Shown: positions 28,791 through 33,413 of the stretch, piece by piece
How the letters are laid out: each line of letters begins with the position of its first letter
Numbering within the stretch: the stretch's first letter is position 1
Origin: Candidatus Hodarchaeum mangrovi
GTDB taxonomy: Archaea; Asgardarchaeota; Heimdallarchaeia; Hodarchaeales; Hodarchaeaceae
NCBI GenBank assembly: GCA_016839515.1
Contig: JAEOUE010000210.1
Location: 1 to 33,413 of the forward strand
Direction: 5' to 3'
Length of the DNA stretch: 33,413 nucleotides
The notes under the pieces: model-generated
Seen by the model: the letters and a program-made list of their open reading frames with translations, nothing else
What the model was told of the DNA's origin: nothing
The model's database searches: none
Position numbers and translations under genes: made by a program

Positions 28791-29582
28791 ATGCTAGAAG
28801 GATTAATTATAACTTTTGTTGTATTTATTGTTTTAGGTGTAGTTTCTATAATTGGTGCATGGCATACCGCTAAATTTAATACAGCAAATAGTCTTATTGG
28901 TATTTACATTCTTTTTTTGACTTTAGCTCAGTTTTTTGCTGCTAAATCTCAATCAGTGTTTGATTTTGGACTTTTTTCTTTAGTTGCTCCAGCTGGTGTA
29001 ATCGTTTTTCCTTTTACATTACAAGTAACTGATATGGTAAATGAGAAATTTGGAAGAAAAACAGTCTATCAAATGATATGGATTGCACTTGTTAGTCAAG
29101 TCATCATGGTGGTTTTGCTTTTAACATCTCAAATATTACCACTAGCTGAGAGTTGGGGAAACGATCCCGACCCATTAATGGCTTTTGCTGTTGTTCCTGC
29201 AATAACAATTGCTTCTTGGATAAGCTTTTTAATTAGTGAGCGATTTGACGCTTGGATTTATGATCAATTTAGAAAATGGATAAGATTAAAAAATCAAAAT
29301 TCAGAAGAAAATTGGTACAAATACTTGTGGATTCGGAATGTTTTTAGTGATATCTTGAGTCTTAGTTTGGATTCAATAATTTTTGTACCGCTAGCATTTG
29401 GACTATTGCCAATGGTGTTGAATGGGATACTTCAATCATTGAGCTTAGTAACAGGACCAATTCTTCCTTTTAACGTTATAATTACACTTATTTTCGGGCA
29501 ATTAATTACTAAATGGATATTAGGGGTGATTGATACACCATTCATGTATCTAACTCGGTGGATCTACAATAAATATGAATAA
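28791..29582 (+). CDS. yhhQ: Queuosine/archaeosine precursor (preQ0/preQ1) transporter, YhhQ/VUT family (COG1738)
   Basis: Motifs PAGVIVFPFT...TDMVNEKFG, ASWISFLISERFD, WIRN..S...S...DS.IF and K......DTPF.Y; multi-TM. Confidence 0.9.
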   Translation: MLEGLIITFVVFIVLGVVSIIGAWHTAKFNTANSLIGIYILFLTLAQFFAAKSQSVFDFGLFSLVAPAGVIVFPFTLQVTDMVNEKFGRKTVYQMIWIALVSQVIMVVLLLTSQILPLAESWGNDPDPLMAFAVVPAITIASWISFLISERFDAWIYDQFRKWIRLKNQNSEENWYKYLWIRNVFSDILSLSLDSIIFVPLAFGLLPMVLNGILQSLSLVTGPILPFNVIITLIFGQLITKWILGVIDTPFMYLTRWIYNKYE

Positions 29583-29587
29583 TGCTT

Positions 29588-31762
29588 CTAAAATTCAAAC
29601 AATGATAGCATTTCATCTATCTGTAGCTTCTTACCGTTTTTCACTATATTTGGGTAGTATTGGGTCATCCATTGTAGACCCAGTCCTATTTTTAAAATTT
29701 GTTGATCATTTTCTGAGATTTCTATACTATTACCATGCGTTAATGCCGTGAGACGAGTTAAATAATGATCTTCAATTTTTTGTAGCAATATATCCCACTC
29801 TATATGTCCATCTGCTCCTTCATTAAATTGGGACATTATTTTTCGGCAGATAAAAATAATATCAAACTCTAATCCTTTGGTTCCACGGATTTGTGTACTT
29901 GTTTTCATTTCAGAGAGTACAGGGTATGTATTCACAATATAGAATCTACTCTCGACTAAACTCTTAATTAATGATGCCCAAGCCTTCATTTGCTTATGAT
30001 GAAAAGTAAAAATTAATAATCCCTCTTGTTTAAGGATCCTATTACATTCTAGGAATACGTCTCTCAAACGATTTTGATAGTCAACATCATCTTTTTCGAG
30101 TTTAATATTTTTAATCACTTCAGGAATTTTTGGAGTATAATCAGGTTTGAAAAAATCATAAGAACTGCTCAAACCTATTCGAAGCCACACAAAATAAAAA
30201 TCTGATAATTCAGCATACATTACATTGTCAAAGTAAGGAGGATCAGTAACTATTAAGTCAATTGTATCTGTTAAAAGAGGTATATTATTTGAAGAACCAC
30301 AATAAAGAAATACTTTAGATTCAGATGAATTCTCTAATAATTCGGAGTATGATTGAACATTTTTTGCAGCAATCGTTCTAATCATTTTAATTCGTGACGA
30401 TTTTCCATTAATAACTTTAATTTCATATGGATTTTCACAATATTTCTTGATTTTAATCGTTTTTGACATGAAATTTCTAAAAGTCCCCGTACCATATTTT
30501 GTCCCCCAAACATTATTTTCAACTGGATTGAGTGTGGCTGGAAAAGCATGTTTACGAAAAAGATTGTAAATATAATGATTTTTACGATGATATTCACAAA
30601 GTAGATTATTGTATTCAAGGGCCGTTGAAAGTGTTAAGAGAAAGAATTCTTGCAAATTTTGATCGTTGATGGTCAAAATTTCTTTTAATAATAAGCCTAG
30701 ACATAATAATTGTCTTTTTGTAAATAAATTTTTAAAATAATAATATTCATGGTTCAGTAATTCTTGAGTTTTTAGGCCACAAGGGATTTTTTGCTGAGGT
30801 ATAGGCAGATCATCTTTCAAAATTTCATATTCTTTCTCACAATTATTATATAGTTTAAAATCAGATGAATCTGGAACTTTAAAGTCTCTATTCCTGCAAT
30901 TAGGACAATAATATTCAATCGCATACATTCTTCGAGAAAATCTTTTTGTTTTCATTTCTTTAGATTTTGATATTTTCCCTTTAAACAAACATTTAGGACA
31001 AATATATCTACCTCGTTTAGCATTAAAGCTATTAGGTGTGTAAGATTTCCCACAACGAGAACAAAGGATTTGATTTTTTAAATCCCCTTTTACCAAACAT
31101 CCACAATACTTACAAATTGTGATACTAGCTCTTGATTTACCCTTTTCATATGTAAGAATAAAACTTCTAAATAGAGGAATCTTTTCATTACAATAATCAC
31201 AATCTATCTCCCTAATCCAGAAAAAATACATAGCTAGGGCATTATTTTCATTACATTGACCACAACGGGTCTGATAATACTTCAAAAGTCTCTTACTTAT
31301 CTTTTGTTCCAACTTATTATATTCTTCTTCTAAAAGTATTGTATTAACATGATCTAATTCCTTTTTGACGGTAAACCAAGCCACAGGATTTAAATCCCCT
31401 CCTATCATCTTAAATCCTAGACGAATTCCTTCTACCAGTGTTGTTCCACCTCCCATAAATGGATCACAGACCATCATGTTTGAAAAATCGTGTTCTTGTA
31501 AAAATAAATTCCAAAATTCTGTTTCAGAGATATTTACACGTTTATTATCATGATCAATAGGAATAGCAGAAAAAATTAGAATAGATCTAAAAATTGTCCC
31601 TAATCTACGTGCAAACCATTTATGTAGTGTCAAGATTGGACGAAAAAAGCGTTTTGCATTTCCTTCTCTAAAAGCAAGCTCACTTATAATGCGAAAAGGA
31701 AATATTCTTTCAATTAATCGAATTTTTAAGACTTCTTTTGTCTGGTTATCTTGTATCTTCAT
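29588..31762 (-). CDS. DNA amino-methyltransferase (probably N6-adenine) with Zn ribbons, DUF1156/COG1743 type
   Basis: LHKWFARR, SAM motif DPFMGGGTT, GDLNPVA, six CxxC pairs, catalytic TDPPYFD and FTFHH. Confidence 0.9.
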   Translation of the reverse strand: MKIQDNQTKEVLKIRLIERIFPFRIISELAFREGNAKRFFRPILTLHKWFARRLGTIFRSILIFSAIPIDHDNKRVNISETEFWNLFLQEHDFSNMMVCDPFMGGGTTLVEGIRLGFKMIGGDLNPVAWFTVKKELDHVNTILLEEEYNKLEQKISKRLLKYYQTRCGQCNENNALAMYFFWIREIDCDYCNEKIPLFRSFILTYEKGKSRASITICKYCGCLVKGDLKNQILCSRCGKSYTPNSFNAKRGRYICPKCLFKGKISKSKEMKTKRFSRRMYAIEYYCPNCRNRDFKVPDSSDFKLYNNCEKEYEILKDDLPIPQQKIPCGLKTQELLNHEYYYFKNLFTKRQLLCLGLLLKEILTINDQNLQEFFLLTLSTALEYNNLLCEYHRKNHYIYNLFRKHAFPATLNPVENNVWGTKYGTGTFRNFMSKTIKIKKYCENPYEIKVINGKSSRIKMIRTIAAKNVQSYSELLENSSESKVFLYCGSSNNIPLLTDTIDLIVTDPPYFDNVMYAELSDFYFVWLRIGLSSSYDFFKPDYTPKIPEVIKNIKLEKDDVDYQNRLRDVFLECNRILKQEGLLIFTFHHKQMKAWASLIKSLVESRFYIVNTYPVLSEMKTSTQIRGTKGLEFDIIFICRKIMSQFNEGADGHIEWDILLQKIEDHYLTRLTALTHGNSIEISENDQQILKIGLGLQWMTQYYPNIVKNGKKLQIDEMLSLFEF

Positions 31763-31898
31763 TCTAATGATCCATCAGTTGTTTAGTATTAGATATGAAC
31801 TTCCATTAAGCATTCACTAACTATTCAATTTTTTGGGGTATTTTTGATAAGCAAAGAGCTAATTTATTTTTTCTTACTTAATTGATAACATTGAGGAA

Positions 31899-33413
31899 TT
31901 ATATAACATCCTTACTGAGTTTTTTTGGATAGTTTGTAAAAATTTGCTGGAGAACCAGCTTAAGATCTATATTCGGTTCTATTATTAATGATTGCGAGAT
32001 CAGAGGAAGCAGTTGGGAAAATTTTTCTTCCCATTCACTCTGAGATAATGGATTAATAAAATTAAAGTTTTTTTTCACTAATTCTATCAATAACACTTGA
32101 TTTAAAGAGCTTAATTTATTTGAATCACCATTAAAATCTTTTTTTCTACAGAAAAGAAAAAAATCAACATCCTGACTTTTAATAGGTCTAGCTCCAAATT
32201 CACTATGTACTGAATAAACTGTACTAATATAGAAATTTCCATTATTAACAGATTTCAATATTAATTCCCAAGCAAGCTCACTTGAATGATGAAATGTAAA
32301 TATGAAAGGAGCATCATCCTTTAAGACACGATTACATTCCTTAAAGACTTTTGTCAACTTTTCTAGAAACAAATCTGCATTTTTTTCGACTCCTACTTCC
32401 TGATCTGACATAATTATTTCTGATTTAAAATCAGAGTACTTGGGATAAAGAAATAATCGTAACCAGACATAAAAAAAATTGGATAATTCAGAATATTGTA
32501 TATAATCATAATAGGGGGGATCAGTTACAATAAGATCGATTGAATTATCAGGCAATCCATATTGTTGTAGATCTTCTGATGTCCCACACAGCAATAAGGT
32601 ATTCCTTTCATCATTGCCAATTAAATCATCAAATGAGGAGGAAGTATTAGCCAAAATAGATTCTTTAGGAATTTTATATTTGATAATCTTACCTTCTTTG
32701 AAGAAAATTTCAAAAGGGTGTTTACAATAATCTTTGGCTTTCCTGATCCGATCTAAATATGTAATAAATGTACCATTGCCCTTTTCAACACCCCAAACAT
32801 TATTCTCAACAAAGATCGTTGGCACTAGAAAAGATTGATAATTAAAAATGTTTACAATTTGTTTCATTGTATAATTGTAGGGACATAGAGTTGTATGAAA
32901 TTCTAGGCTGCTTGAAAAGGCAGCAATCAAATACTCACGAACATTTATATTCTCAATTTTTAAAATTTCATTTGCTAACAACCCCAAACTCAACAACTGT
33001 CTAGAGTTGAAAAGGTCGGTGAATTTTTGAAAGCCATAATTCTTCAAATTTTCAATATTATATCCATGAGTAGGTAAATTCTGTTTAGGAATCATTATTT
33101 CATCAGAAAGTTCTAAGAACCGATCATTTATTTTCTGATAATTTACAATATCCTCTTTTGTTATAGCCTTATACCCTCTGGTCTTACATTCTGAACAATA
33201 ATATTCAATAGCGATCTGGCGTGTGCCCATAGATGTCTGGAAATCTTTAATTACCTCCAATAAGCGATATTCAGCGTGACAGGTCTTACAAATAAAGTTT
33301 TTATTTTGACAATTACCTTTTCGTGGGACAAAAGATTGATTACAAGACGGACATTTAATCATTATATCTAGCTTTTTATTTGTATAAAACAATTGCTCAC
33401 ATGAAGGACAAAT
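31899..33413 (-). CDS. Second, paralogous Zn-ribbon DNA amino-methyltransferase; 5' end lies beyond the window
   Basis: The frame stays open to the edge (ICPSCEQLFY...), so the track start at 33392 is an artefact. Contains CxxC pairs, IAIEYYC, VENNVWG, TDPPYYD and FTFHH. Confidence 0.88.
   Translation of the reverse strand: MCPSCEQLFYTNKKLDIMIKCPSCNQSFVPRKGNCQNKNFICKTCHAEYRLLEVIKDFQTSMGTRQIAIEYYCSECKTRGYKAITKEDIVNYQKINDRFLELSDEIMIPKQNLPTHGYNIENLKNYGFQKFTDLFNSRQLLSLGLLANEILKIENINVREYLIAAFSSSLEFHTTLCPYNYTMKQIVNIFNYQSFLVPTIFVENNVWGVEKGNGTFITYLDRIRKAKDYCKHPFEIFFKEGKIIKYKIPKESILANTSSSFDDLIGNDERNTLLLCGTSEDLQQYGLPDNSIDLIVTDPPYYDYIQYSELSNFFYVWLRLFLYPKYSDFKSEIIMSDQEVGVEKNADLFLEKLTKVFKECNRVLKDDAPFIFTFHHSSELAWELILKSVNNGNFYISTVYSVHSEFGARPIKSQDVDFFLFCRKKDFNGDSNKLSSLNQVLLIELVKKNFNFINPLSQSEWEEKFSQLLPLISQSLIIEPNIDLKLVLQQIFTNYPKKLSKDVI

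Noticed and set aside
2309-31553. The many 60-95 aa ORFs in the track that lie antisense or out of frame inside long genes (e.g. 2406-2651, 3643-3924, 5951-6229, 10136-10405, 14761-14976, 20020-20271, 30382-30618)
   Set aside because: They are shadow ORFs of well-supported genes and show no recognisable motifs.
33390-33392. TTG start given by the track for the second methyltransferase
   Set aside because: The frame stays open to the window end and the N-terminal SAM-binding region is missing, so the real start is off-window.

Overview
AT-rich, gene-dense chromosomal window from an archaeon, most plausibly an Asgard archaeon (Heimdallarchaeia-like). This placement is inferred from an archaeal-type geranylgeranyl reductase, GGTGA/GGAGG ribosome-binding sites, an archaeal RHH-yhhQ pair and a putative tandem-longin protein. 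Left part: a truncated xanthine-dehydrogenase-family Mo-hydroxylase large subunit is divergent from a catabolic cluster. That cluster encodes acyl-CoA dehydrogenase, FdrA, a stand-alone 56-aa FdrA-tail protein, DUF1116/YlbE, a membrane protein, SCP2, two SDRs, a second membrane protein and an alpha/beta hydrolase. Middle: M42 peptidase, heterodimeric ABC exporter, uvrA, an orphan PAS histidine kinase, geranylgeranyl reductase, the putative double-longin protein, a small zinc finger, YbaK-family deacylase, GNAT and a candidate 20-aa Lys/Pro-rich micro-ORF. Right part: long-chain acyl-CoA ligase, an EndoIII-like protein with Gly at its catalytic Asp position, an RHH regulator plus yhhQ, and two tandem paralogous Zn-ribbon DUF1156/COG1743-type DNA amino-methyltransferases (the second is truncated by the window edge). 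I added five ORFs absent from the supplied track. I saw no tRNA, rRNA, CRISPR array or transposase. All calls come from reading motifs by eye, with no database searches.
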